Numbered from the stretch's first letter, positions 27,640 to 41,399 are shown. The stretch: DNA of 64,000 nt from Sphagnum compactum (GCA_965153455.1 OZ234493.1:14994213-15058212), one strand, 5' to 3'. The notes: generated by a model from the letters alone, not told the origin. A program made the numbers and translations.

Positions 27640-30375
27640 ATATAAAGAAAACAGTGATGATCACCAAGAATGGACTTTTTGAATGGCTAGTGATGCCATT
27701 TGGACAAAAAAATGCCATTAGCATCTTTTCCAAGGTGATGAATGAAATTTTCAGGAATGAGCTTGATAGTTTTGTGAAGGTTTTTGTAGATGACCTCAAC
27801 ATCCATAGCTTGGACTCAAACGAGCATCTACAACATTTACTTCCGGTGTTACAATGATTAAGAGAGGTGTACCTGAGGCTTAACCCTTCTAAATGTAAGA
27901 TTGGAGCTTCTGACATTGTGATTCTAGGCCACTTAGTTTGTGCTGCTGGAATTTGGCCTGATCCAAGCACAGTGGTAGCAGTACAAAACTTTCCAGCCCC
28001 TACAACTCCAACAAACATGAAGGCATCCCTAGGGTTCACAAGTTACTACAGGAATTTTATCAGAGGTTACAGTCGTGTGGCAGGACCTCTCTTCGAGCTA
28101 ATGTGCAAAGATGTGTCTTTTGTCTGGAGTAAGGCTTGACATCAATTTGCTTTTGAGGGGTTGAAGGAATGTCTGGTGTCAACTCCAATTGTGGTGAGAC
28201 TTAACTTCACCAAGCTGTTCATTTTGGATGTAGACTGGTCCACCAAAGGACTGGGGGCTGTTTTGTGTCAGGAGGATGGGAGAAAGGGAGTGGTTGTGGC
28301 TTATGCAAGTAAAGGCCTATCCAAGAGCCAAAAAAACTATCACCCAATGGAGGAGATCTGGGTTGTGATGCACTTTAGGCAATATCTACACCACATTGAT
28401 TTTATTCTGTGCATGGACCACAAGCCACTTGAGTGGTTGGTTATTGTGTCAGAAGCCCATGGCAGGAGGGGATGCTTGGTGAATATGCTCCAAGACTTTA
28501 GTTTATCAAGATCATCCACATGGCAAGAGGCAAACATACATACTGACACTTTAAGTAGGAATCTTGTTGGTATGCCTGAGGAGGATGAGGACTTTCAAGT
28601 TGAAATACCAGATATGAAGGTGATGATTTTCTCTGCAGTAGAAAGGGAAGAAGAATGGAGAGGCATGAGATGTCATGACTTGACAACGCAGCAAGTGGCT
28701 GCATGTAAATTGTTGCTTTGGGATAGATCATCAGACTTTGTGAGGAAGAAGAGCAGCATATTCCAGATATCTTTACCCTAGGTTCTGAGGGTGGCATCAA
28801 AGTTGAGGTGGCTTGGAGAGAAGAAGCTAAAACTGCAGTTGTGGAGCTCCTCCATAGTGGATGGCATAATGCATGTGCAGTTAGTCAACTGACAATGCTT
28901 ACAGCTGATCTGTACCACCTGATGCATGGTCTCAGTTCTCTTATGCCAAAAATATCATCTGTTGATTCTACTGTCATTACGTTGGACATGGGGTTCGGGT
29001 CCTGGGGATGCCAGGTACGTCTTCTCACAGGGTTATTATACCAAGTGCATCTCTCATTTAAATGGCCAAGTTGAACTTGCATGTTCTCCACCAACTGCCG
29101 TCTCTTTTCAAGCTTAGGTACCAACAAGCCTTTGTAGTACAATTAAACCTCCTACCAGTAATAGTTTAGTGCCCTCCTCCTAATGCGCTCCTTCTCCAAC
29201 TCTTCATAAACAGTAGGAATTTCCCCAGAGTTCAACATGGCCCATGCAGGCCCAATCCTGCCATATGTCCAGCCTCCTGGTCTTTTCATCCTCAACTCTG
29301 TGAGGAACATCAATGGTAGCTTGCCCCATGGTCTCACCAACCTCCCTATGTGCTTGCCTCATTAAGTGCCACTGCATTTCCTTGTCCATCTACAACTGAC
29401 TAGTTGTCATTCCAATCCTTCTAATCTTCTGCCCATCAATGCCATTATGTGAACTCTTTTATAGGGTGCCCTTGGACACCCTTTGCAAGAAACTAATAGA
29501 GGGAATAAATATGTTTTAGTGGTGGTGGATCACTACTCTAAGTGGGCATAAGCTAAGGTGGTGGCAGACCATGGTGTGGCTACTGCTGTGGAGTTTTTTT
29601 GAGTCAGAGATCATATGTTGATTTCCCAAGTATGCATTGACTCATATGGCTCTGAGTGGGCTGGGGAATTTCCTGCTTTGCGTGATATCTATGGATCACA
29701 CACCAACACACATCACCTTCACATCTCAATGGGATGGCAGAAAGGTTAATCAAGCTGATGATCAAACATGGATTAACAATGATTGCGGCAGTACATGGGC
29801 ATGAGGAGAACTGGGATGTGCAGCTATGGAGAGTCTTGTTTGGTGACAGGTGTGGGGTGTAGGAGAGCACCAAATTCTCACCTTACATGATCTTGACGTG
29901 GAGGAGTCCTTGATTAATGGATGACAACAGACTTGCTAAACTGTGTGAACCTGTGCAAAATGAGAAGAATAGTGATCAGATTGCTGAACAAATGGTTCCT
30001 AAACTGCAATTGATATTCAAGTATCCATGCTGCACTACTCACAAATGTGGAGGCGGCTCAGAAGAAGCAATTTCATACATATGCAACCCATGAAGGAAAA
30101 CAACTATTTGCTGGATTACAAGTGGAAAGCTGGGTAAAGATGAGGTGGCCTGTTAAAAAGAAGGGATGGAATGGTCTTGGGAATCTCCTTACAAGTTTGT
30201 AGGTTATCAAGATGAGCAAGGCTTTCAAAAGTTTGATGAAGGGGGGAGAGTGTGCATACTCCAAGACAGAGATGAGCAGGTTTGGAGAAGGCCCAGAAGC
30301 AACTTTCAAGTGTTCCAAGTATTCAAGCAACTTTCTGCAGCTGAAGCTGAATTTGTGAAGACCCAACATTTTTAA
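27640..30375 (+). mobile_element. Degenerate, 5'-truncated Ty3/Gypsy pol (RT, RNase H, integrase) with an internal inversion
   Basis: RT: TKNGLFEWLVMPFGQKNA..FVKVFVDDLNIHS. Connection: LRLNPSKC..LGFTSYYRNFI. RNase H: FILDVDWSTKGLGAVL..AYASKGL..MDHKPLEWL. Integrase core from ~29460: ETNRGNKYVLVVVDHYSKW. GPY-like tail WESPYKFVGY. The integrase Zn-binding segment lies on the minus strand at ~28885-29400. Confidence 0.92.
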
Positions 30376-30666
30376 TTGGGGAATGGCGAAATATATGATG
30401 GAAAAACATGGAAGAAATGGATTTTTAGAAAGTTCTGTCACTGGTCTCAAAGCTTTGGAATTTTTTTCTAGAACTTTCTGGATGCTTTGTTGTTTTTCAA
30501 TTTTGAAAATCGTCATCTTCATGTTAGGAAAATTTTGGAGACAGCAGCTTGTCTTTATTAGGATAATACTTGTGTAATTATGTTACTTGATGAACATTTT
30601 GCTGATTAATTTTTGGGAGGGAATTTTCCATATGAAAGGAGGTGGAAGTTTAGGAGTGGGGGAGTC

Positions 30667-31146
30667 TGTCTTGTTGGGGCTAATATCTGGGATTTTCTGA
30701 GGCAGTAGAAGATTTCTTGTGATTAGAAGTAGCAAATTGGGCAAGAGTTTTAAGAGAGATTACGTCTGCAAAAATGTGATCTAGGTGGAAAGGGATCTGG
30801 AGGTTTGAAATTTTTGACAAGAAGCAAAAATTTTGACCTGTTTTGGAAATAAAAAGTAGCAACATTGCATACAACAATTATGTACATAATCTGGAGGTGC
30901 AGAAAGGGTCTTAGTACATGAAATCCATCTTAGGACCAAATGTGCCTGTGGATTGAAGTGTTTAGTGTTTAGCCTAAAAATATGTGTTGCTAAAGGGTCA
31001 TTGATGGATGTGAAGGGAGACTACTGATCTGGAGGCAAAGTAAAATTATTTTCTTTCTCACCCAAGTTTCGTGCAGGTGGTCAGGTCAGGAGGTTGCATG
31101 ATTATTTTGTTGTGTTAGTACAACCTCCCCCAATCTTTTGGTGACA
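30667..31146 (+). repeat. Probable 3' LTR of the second Gypsy element
   Basis: Follows a polypurine tract (GGAGTGGGGGAG, ~30653-30664) and is bounded by inverted termini TGTC...GACA. No 5' LTR partner seen in the window. Confidence 0.55.
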
Positions 31147-34100
31147 CAAGTTCAATTTTTAATTTTGCAATGATCCATTTTGATTGCTGGATTATCATTG
31201 TAATTTATGCACTATGTGCCAATGCCCATGGTTTTGCAATTCAAATTTTGGCAAGGTAGTTTGTTGGTGGAAAAGTTGCATTAGATAGCATCAATATTTC
31301 TTTCTCATGAAACTTGATGTCAAGTGCAGAAAGTTCAGTTGGATATGTATTACAATCCCCCCAAGAATTCATTGTTGTTTAATGGTTTATTTTGACCATC
31401 AAAAAATCCAACAAAGCTTGAGGTGCGTTACTTGATTTTTCCACATGAATCCATAGATTCTCAAAACCCTTGTTAAGGTCAGCTATTTGGTCATCAACTT
31501 TTGTTCACATATGGAAAAAGAAAAAGAAATTTTATTGATGAAAAAGTTAGAAAAATTATTATATGAAAGATTTTGCATAATTTTTCATATGGTCATTCGT
31601 AAACAATTACCTCATTTCCATAACTATCTCACTTCTTTTCCCTACCCACCAACAACATGCATATGAAAAGACAAATTAACACGTGCCTATTAAAGTTCAT
31701 GATATTTATATTAATTAAACTTAAATTTGACATTAACACAAATAACGATGAACTATTGAAAACCATATGAGAACGTAAGAAAATAAAAGAAAAGAAGATC
31801 TTCACTTGTAGGGCTCAGCAATGTGAAGCTCAAGTTTTATTCATAGATTAGAAAAATCAAAACCCATGTTTGCATTCCTCAAATATACAATTTATGTTTT
31901 CTTTCTCAAAATCAAATGCATATGCAAACAAAGGAACATATTTTTACCATGCCCAAGTGCAAGGTGATGCCAAGAGCATAAATTGCAATAACATTCTTTT
32001 GGAAATGCTAGTGTATTTCAACCTAAAGCTTTAGTTCTGACAGATGACAAGTTGCCCAAAGTGAATAAATGTTTGGGATTTGAACCAACAATAATCCAGC
32101 AGGTCTATATTTCAGTCATAGGAATTGGGATTTTGAGGACGTTTGGTACAAAAGACATTGGACCTTATATAATGAGGAACTTTTACTATCTAGAAAATTG
32201 TTAGTCAAATAATAAAAGTGTGGCCACTTTTGATTGATTTGAAAATGAAAGTAATTTAAGACCTTGAAAACTCAAATTATCAAAAGAGTCCTGAAATTTT
32301 CAGACATTTAAATTGTACATTAAAAATTTGGGTACAAAGAACCACCAATTTTGGCAAATTTTCAAGATCAAAAAATGAAAGAAAAGAAAACACTGATCAA
32401 GAGATCAAGATTCAAAGGACATAAAAAAATAGAAGAATTGAGACTCCAAGCTTCACATATGACCTTTAAGGTACATAAATGCTTATATAATACAATAAAG
32501 CACTTGGAGAAATTTCCTATGTGTATTTGGAGGGCCTCCAGCATCATTTTTTTGGGTGTAAAAATTTGTCAAAATGCGAAATGTTTTTATAAAAAAAGCA
32601 TATTCAGTCACAATATTTTTTCTTTGATTGGTAACAATAAGCAAACTTCAAAAAAAAAGGTTTGTAAAATTTTCACCACATTTGGACTCTGATTTTAGTT
32701 TGGTAGCATTATGAAAAATAATTTTCTTATTATTTGGATAGGTTCTAAAAACCTGTTGCCAATTAATGTTAAATCCCTCTTGGGATGCTAGCCAATGATG
32801 CAACATCAGAAAATTGAACAATATATCATTGACCTCAGATAGTCATTTGGCAACACTGATTCACTTTTTTGGCGAATTTTTTTTTTTAAATTTTAAATTG
32901 CAAAATTTTCTTTTGGGTGGTGGTTGCTACAGGTCTCTCCACTAGCTTCCTTATTTAATGGGTAGGGTGTTCTGTGCAAGGGGTATTAGCCCAGGCCGAA
33001 AATGGTGACGAACTCTTTTGGGAAGAGAAATTTCATGCAGCCCATGGGAAGGCCCGAGCATGCACGCAAGGTGCCTTGCTTTTTTTCCTTTTCAGTTTTG
33101 GGGGGAGGGGGGTGAGGATTTTTTTTTCATTTCCTTGGTTCCCAATGTGTTCCCACTAGGTTACCTTCAAGTTCTGAATGGGTTCCCAATATGTTCCCGA
33201 AGTTCCCAATGTGTTCCCCAACATGTTCTTCATAGCACCTCACTTTTATCCCATATGTTTTGGCAAATGTTGTCCTCCTTTCACCTATATAGGTGCGCCA
33301 AAGGGGATGAACTCTATACTTCAAAACAGAACCTTCTATTTTGGAGAGCCTCCATGGTTTCATTTTTACAGTGATGGGCGAATCAAATCAGCGCGTTGCA
33401 AGAAAAAAAATTTTGAACTCAGGAGTCACATCATCTAATTAAGTCAAAATCTATCTGGGCATGCTCGCCTCTGTTGCTACCCTACAAAGTTGGAATTTTT
33501 TTTAATTTTTAAAAAATAAAAAAATAAAAAACACACTGGCCCCAAGTATACCCCCTGAAATGCACCTCCTAGAAAAGAGGAGGGTTAAAGAGGTAGGCAT
33601 AAATTGGACGGTCCTGTTCCACAAATACTAGGCATAAGGTCCCTCACACCCCTATGCCCTGGGAGTCTGCATTTGTTTTGGCTTACTGTAAGGTTTGACC
33701 TCATGCTTTGAGTCAGCATTTCTTTTACTGGCAAGTTTTCGCCAAATTTCGACCTATGCAAAGGAATTTTCACGGAAAAAAAATGACCAGAATTCACCAG
33801 ATTTCGAAGCTGCTAAAAAATTCAAATCATCAGAATTTTATGATAACTTCTAGTAGGTAGCCACAAGACAACATAGAAACAGTTCCCCTTTTTTTCTACT
33901 TTCATATCTAACATGTAGCCAAATTTGGCGAACTATTTTCTGGATGATCGCCACTTTGACTGCATGACAAAATCCTTAAAGAAACCCTGCTTCAAGTTGA
34001 GTGAGGCTGCTAACACGTGGGGGATATTCCCAAGATGTGCTGAGCTGGGCAGGGCCGTAGCTTATTTTGAGATTGCCCCACCCAGGGCTCAAGCCTGAAG

Positions 34101-34179
34101 CCTGTACAAATTTACATATTATTTATAGGACTCATCACAGGATGCTTGCGGCCTTTTTTATACCATATTTTATGTTGTA

Positions 34180-34911
34180 ATGACTTGGAGCGGGAATAAA
34201 CTGAAAATTTATCTTCAAGGAAGCAAGCACAGGGCCTTGCAAGGGGACGCACAAGCAAAGTATGCTTGGAGGAGGACTATTTCTACCCTAGAACCTCCCA
34301 AGGGAAGTTTCGGAGAACGCCCGGTCGGGTTATGTGGAGTGCTTGTGCGTCCTTCTACTCAAACTTCTTCTTCATATTAGAGCTCCTCCAAGCATACTCC
34401 GGTCGGGTGCAGTGGTAGAGTGCTTGTGCCGCAGTTCGATGTTGATGATCCACATGCGGAAGTTCTCATCCTGGTTTTCCTCAGTCTCGTGCTCTTAGTG
34501 CGACTGGCAAGAGCATCGGTAAAACTCGTCCGATATCTTCTCAAGCTTACTCGAGAGTTTGTTCCACGGGGGCGGGAAACAATTGTCATCCCTCCCCGTG
34601 ATGCTCAGTTGCAGGCAGTCGTAGTCGAAGCCAATGCATCATCCCGTGTATCATCAATGATTGGAGAAATCATGGGTAAGTACTAGACTAAACACTTGAG
34701 ATACTAAGTCTGTGTGATCGATTAGTTTTGAGAAATTGTAAACATCCAGAGATTGAACTTGTGGGAACCCCCTATGCCTGCTGTCATGCGAGCACCCAAC
34801 GTAACCATGATTGTTATTGACACATAATTTTTTTTCTAATGGTACTACTACTGGACCCTCTTAATTTGCAGGAACTGCAGAAGGCGGGAATGAAGACGAG
34901 GAGAATGTATA
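34180..34911 (+). other. GC-richer island with a possible small two-exon gene or non-coding transcript
   Basis: Frame from ATG 34180 runs to ~34676 with a single TAG (34378-34380). Good donor ATGG|GTAAGT and acceptor TTTGCAG|GA (~34871) give ...EIMGTAEGGNEDEENV*. Hydrophobic stretch VLILVFLSLVLLV. No recognisable homology. Confidence 0.3.
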
Positions 34912-37900
34912 AGTGAAATAGCTGATGAAGTTCACGGCAACTTAAAAATCTATTGTATAGATCCGAGTCAGGCGGCCTGTGAGCTTAGTCGAAGCCAGCA
35001 TACTGTTGTGAAAATATATGAGTTGAGCTTGATGATTGAGTGTCGAGGAGTTCGCTTTATTAGTTGGTCTCTAACTAACTAGCATGCATGTGATCAGTGA
35101 TCTAGCGCAGGATTAGCTTCACAATTCCATACCGAATTCGATTCCCACGTCAGGAACGCTGAAGAATCTACCAAGCTGATCTGATGTGTATTTGCGGCAT
35201 CCGCTCTCATCTTCAATAAAGCTGCTGCCAGGTCTACAGATTTGTTTCCCAAACTGTTATCCCAAACAAATGCTGAGAAATTTATTAGAGACCCCTAGGG
35301 CTTGTCACAAATCTCTGTGTCTTCTGAGCACCGGTTTTGGGCTCCCATCTGCTTCTTTCGGGCCCCTAAAACTGTGGGTGGAAATTATCCTAATTATTCT
35401 GCTGGGTAACCAGATGAGAACCAGGTTTGGTCAGTTATTCGATTTTTCCAAATTATCTTCGGTTTCTGGTTGTATGAAATTTAGAAATCAAAGAGCCTCT
35501 GGTTCCAGAGTTTTTGCAAATTTTAAGAATCGAAGAACCTCAAGTTTGGGTTTTTTTTAATGGTTTTGGAATCGAGAAACCTCTGGTTTCTTCTTTTAAA
35601 ACCTTAAAAAGAACCTGCGGTTTTCGGGGAATAACAGGAAAAGTATCAGAATTTTGACAGGTTCCTAGATTTTTTTGAGAACTGCGGTTATGTATCAGAT
35701 TCGGTTCTTGCTTTTCTGAGAACTGCGGTTATGTATCAGGACCGCTTCGTAGATGGTTTTAATGACCGTGGGGTGTCTGGCAGAATCCGGTTATTTTGCA
35801 TTTTTTGAGAAGTTCCATGGTTATATATCCTATAGAACTGTCATGATAACCGCCGGTCATCTTGTGCCATTTCTGACAACCGACTAACACTGGCACCCTA
35901 ATTCTCTTGCAGTGCAGCCCTAATCTTTACTGTGAGTGTTCTCCTCTGTCCTCCTCTCTAGCTCTCCTTGTACTGTGCAAGATTGCAGTCCATGTGCAAG
36001 AAGTAAACCTCGAGCTCCAGATCCTTCAACTTGAATACAGTTTGATCTTTTCCGGCCTGCCAGGCTTGATTCTTGTTGATCTGCAGTAGCCATAGTTGTT
36101 GTCTTGCCTCATGACCAGTTTGCAACCCGTTGTGGGTTCCAAGCCCTCACATGTGCACTCTAAGTGCCTGTTACTCACAAGATCTTGAGGTTAAGGGAGA
36201 AAAAGGGACTTTGATTCAGATTTTAGTAGCAGGTTTTTGGGGTACTAAAGAAATTCCTTTTGCACTTGTCAATTAACGCATAAATGTCAGTGTGGACCAA
36301 ATTCTATAAAATCCCATATCAAATTGTATAAAAGAGAATAAGAGAATTTTTGGCATGTCTACTGAAAGCCCAACTGATTCTTGCAAAACTTTGTGCAGTA
36401 GGCTGTGGGCCTGTATTCCACTAGACGGATCACACCAGGTAAACATAGTTAAGTCTTCTCTACAGAGCCAGTAGAGTCCTAACGAGTCAGTACCTGTTCT
36501 GCAATTTGCAATTGTGGCATTCATTTGTGTAGGGTAAAGGCTGAGGCCACAGGCTTGAGGCCTTACTGAGGTCAAAGCACTGGGCTCATTCTCATTTTTC
36601 AACTTTTCCTGTGATACCTGGAGGATACCCACAGGGAAAAATCCAGAAGCAAGTGCTTTGAAAAATGAAATGGCCATTAAGTTTTTTGAACCCTTCACAG
36701 AGGAAAGATTCTGTACCATCCAACTACAATTATAAAATCTGCCTGTGTTCATTATGATTCAACAAACTGTAATGTTGTAGCAGGTGATGCAGTTTCATTA
36801 CAGAGAACTCAAGTGTTCGGCATGGTTGATGTCATAGTAGTCATGATCAGATGCTTCCCTAGCAAATAGAGTTGCAGAAATGGAAAAGAAGCTACATGGT
36901 TGTAAGTACCTCCCTCTTTTTCCTGCAGGAAATACTTAGCAATCACATCTGGATTAACCCTAATTGCACCAACTACTACTTAAGAATATGACTGCCAAAC
37001 GAGAGGACTTGTAGCCCATTTGCTTCACCATATCCTCCAGCATATCTGCCTGGAACATCACCCCAAATCTATGTCAAACTCCCCTTTGGACCCTGTTTTG
37101 TTAGGCAGCTTCAAGGTCAAGAGTTTCTTGGCCAATGTACCACAATTGTAATTCATGGGTCATTGTGTGTGGGGTACATGCCACACAGCTTTGGTCCCCA
37201 GTGCGTCACTGCACCACAGTCATGTCTTGAATCTCAATGAGCTTAAATCTCATCAAAGACAAAGTGCACATGACAAAATGTCTCCCATTATGGAGCTTTA
37301 AATCTAACAAAGACTTGTCCACCACACCAAGCCCTAAACTGGCGATGCAGACCAGTTCACCTAGCTTTTGAAGTGCATTTTCTGGTCCTTACCTTTCTGC
37401 TGCAAACTCAGGGGCTTCAGACATAGCCATACCTTGGCAAGCTCTGTAGGCATTTTGCTGAATTCAATTGCCCTCTTGTGTTTTGCATCAGTTTCAAGTG
37501 ATGCATCACACAAATGCTTGTGCCAATCCTTCTATTAAGAACGCACCAACACTGGTGATATTCCTGCTATTGCCGCAATCGTCACACCAATTTCTTCCTT
37601 GGCTACCATCACTCTGGCTTCTTGAGCCATCACAAACAATCACCTAGTGTAGAAGTAAGACAAGGGATGCAAGATGCAGTCAAAAGTCATAACCCACATC
37701 AAATTGCAACAAAAGATGAAACAAAAGAACTATTACAATAGAACATCATGGATCCTTCAAACATTTAGAGTCATGTTGGCATTGTTCACCAGAAGATTCA
37801 AGGAAAAATTGTAGTTCAAGGGGTATGGAGGTGTAAAGAAGTACCTGTAGTAGAAACCTGTGACGGGTTCAACAGCAGAAAGGACTGAGTCCAAGCCACC

Positions 37901-40511
37901 CGAATTAAGCAGCAAGCCATATCTTTACCCATGAATCTGCATGACCTCTAGCTCTACTCTCACCCAACCCTCAATCTCTGCACAGCAAATTCTTCCCTAA
38001 CACTCTGGCTGGCTTCCCAAACTGTCAAGTCAAACCTACATTGCTTCCCAAACTGTCGACTCCTGCAATGCTCGTCAACCTTGATCAAGAGGGATCCAAG
38101 TAGTGTACAAATACCATCCATTCACATCTGCTGCATTCCAATCCCAACTTTGTGATCATGTTCTTTGCCTGATAGGGTCGGAGAGTAGGGTAAGGACGGA
38201 GACCGGTTCTGGGAATGAGGGCTCTGCAGGAGCCTGGAGTCCTCTTGAGTGTGGGACCTGAATTCTCTAAATGGTCCCCTTTGAGATCCTTGGTCCTTAC
38301 CCATTGGAAAGAAATAAGAAACTTTTTCTTTGATATCGGACGACTGTGATTCATTTGAGCGATGCTGGAATATACTCCCTGTGCAATGTATCTACGTTTT
38401 GAAACTCATCGGAAAGATAACTTTAGCATGGAAAGAAAAAATCAAGAGGTAAGCCACAATTTTTACAGAAAGTAAGGTGCCCCCCAATTACACTGGGAAA
38501 ATTCTACCCTGTAATTTTTGTCAAAACATTAATGTTTACAGTAATAAATAATATTTGGTATTCTATAAATTGAGAATCCATATGTTAATTGAAAGATAAA
38601 TTCAATAAAAAATAGTAATCCCAAATTGTTGACTATTTTACAATTAATTTAAAAATAACATCTTACACATAATATCATCTGAATAATTAGATAAATAATC
38701 TATTTAATAATTAGATAATCAATAACTAATTAGCTATCAAATAATTAGCAATAAATCTATTTGTAACTTATCTGAAAATCTAACAAAATCTGGTAAATTA
38801 TGAAAGAATTATATATTAATGTGTATAATTATCTATTAATCTGATAATTAATTTGATTATCAACTAATAGTTAAGTTACCTAAACACAATACTCACATGC
38901 AAGGTGATTTCGAAATAACCAATTGGTGATTTGCGTACACCCTTGAGTGAAGATTCAACCTAAACACAATCCTCACATTTCAGTCATTCTGAAATACCCA
39001 ATTGATGATTTGAGTATTCAATTTGAATGAAGACCCAACCCTAAATACAATACTTGCATTTAAGATCACTTTGAATGACTAAAATAATTTTATAGTAATA
39101 TGCTGGAATTATATAGTGATAGTTGTATGGATCCATGTATTTCTTGTTTTAGGACAAATATATCTGCTTGTATACTTGACTTAATTTTATTATAATTAGT
39201 TATCAAGATTAAGTATTTAAAATAGTGGTTTCGAATAATGTGTTAAAATAATAAAATCTAATAAAGGGAATTAATTAACTTTCAAATAATTTAATTAAAT
39301 ATTTAAAATAACTAAATGATTATGTATTTATTATAATTAATAATTTGCATGATGTGAAAGAAGTCTCTAATAATTCCTCGTTTATATGACATAATTTTTT
39401 GATAATTCTAAATAAATTTATTGTGTCATATAATGAAGGAATTACTAGAGAAATTCAATAAGAAGACAAATTATCCATCACAATTTGTTCAATTCTAGAC
39501 TAATAATTTGATTGATTAATCAGATTCGACAATCAAATTATCAAAAAAAAATGATAAAATTACTAGATAGTGATTTATTTTATAAATTAATTGAGCAGAT
39601 ATGTAACATATAAAGTTGAAGAATATAAATAATAATAAATAATAAACAATTTTAATTTTCTTTAAAATATTAGACGGAATTCATGTAATTACACAATTTT
39701 TTGAAATAATTGAGGTAGATATATAATTTTCTGATTGATAATATGAAAATTAAAAATAAATTATTACCAAAACTCCAATTATTGACTATTTGATTTTAAA
39801 AGTTTGAATTAAATAGTTTCATAAAATCAATTCATAAAATATTTAATTATTTTGTATTTGGAGATATTATTATCTATAGTAATTAATCAATCTACTTCAC
39901 TTTTTTTTTGTTTAATTAGTTATGAAAGTAGAATTATCAGAAATAATTTATAAGATTAGATCAATAGTTATTTATTCAGCCACTAAATTAGCTCATATAA
40001 ATAATTAAATAAATAAAAATTAATTATATATAATAAAAATTTGAAGAAAATTTCAATGTGAAATATTCAAAATTAAAAAGTTATTTTTATTTTTTGAATT
40101 ATAAAATATATATGTTATATATGAATTAGATTACTATAGGTTAAATATCTGATAAAATAATGAATAATATATTTAAAGAAAAATTTGTTAATTTATAGAT
40201 AACCAACAAATTTATCTGAAATAATAATTGATTGAAAATAATTATTAATTATATTGAAATAGTTAACAAATTTTTAGGAAATTAATCTTGGGCTAGTATA
40301 ATGAACAAATAAATATTTTATAACATACCTTACCCCATGACAACATGATGTGAAACTCACTTCAAACATTGAGCACTTTGTCTAATCATACATGAAATAT
40401 TGTTTGATTAAAAATAAATTGGATAGTCAATTATTGGTTAGTTACTAATTACAAAATCATTGTCAATTATTTTGATGAACTAACATTCTCTCTAGTGCCA
40501 AAATAATTAAA

Positions 40512-40826
40512 CAAAATCTAGCAACTATTAAAAGACCTATATGCGAGTATTGCAAAGCATGTAGGAAAAATCGAGCAACTATTAGAAGACCGATATGCGG
40601 ATATTGCAAAGCACGTAGGAGAAATCCAACAACTATTACAAGACCAATATGAGGGTATTGCAAAGCACGTAGGAGAAATCCAACAACTATTACAAGACCA
40701 ATATGAGGGTATTGCAAAGCACGTAGGAGAAATCCAACAACTATTACAAGACCAATATGCACGTATTGCATAGCACATAGGAAAAATCCAACAACTATTA
40801 CAAGACTTATATGTGAATATTGCAAA
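40512..40826. repeat. 54-bp tandem repeat, ~5.5 copies
   Basis: Unit GCACGTAGGAGAAATCCAACAACTATTACAAGACCAATATGAGGGTATTGCAAA. Central copies identical, outer copies diverged. Confidence 0.95.
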
Positions 40827-41399
40827 TATAAAATGGCCTCATGCATATTAAACATGAAAGGATGCAGGTATTACAAGGTAGGTTTAATGACAATGTTAAT
40901 AATTCAATTAGGATGCAAGTATAGCCTTAAATATCTTTGGGCAATGTGCTTTTTAATCCAATAGATGTAGGTATTACGTAATGTACATTTTTGGTTTTGT
41001 AAACCCAACAAAAGTTAATTATGAAGTATGTGTATTAGATTATTTTAGTTTTGTTTATTACATCTAAAGCACAAACAACATGGGAAAAAAAAGGCATATA
41101 TGATAAACCATATACACATGGGGCAAGTGTGACTTGAAGAAAATTTATTTCAATAAAAGATGTACAAAACTTGCTAGATAAAAAAAATGTTAGAAAACAC
41201 CAATGTGAAAAAATGGGTTGTTTATAACATATCAAAGGACCGAAGTTCAAAAAGTGGGTAGTCCAAAAAAATGAAAAGGATAACAAAACCCAACATATTG
41301 TATGTAATGAAAGCCTAACCCAAACAAAACAAGCCAAAAAAAAATAGATTATATTATTTTTTCTTACCTCCCATGAATCATTTTGGATTCATGGAAATC

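Noticed and set aside
34583-34606. miR390/TAS3-like target site
   Set aside because: Only a short ATCCCTCC core matches, and there is no second site.
40463-40855. Minus-strand 130-aa hydrophobic repeat ORF, or CRISPR-like array
   Set aside because: By-product of the 54-bp tandem repeat. No unique spacers and no cas genes.
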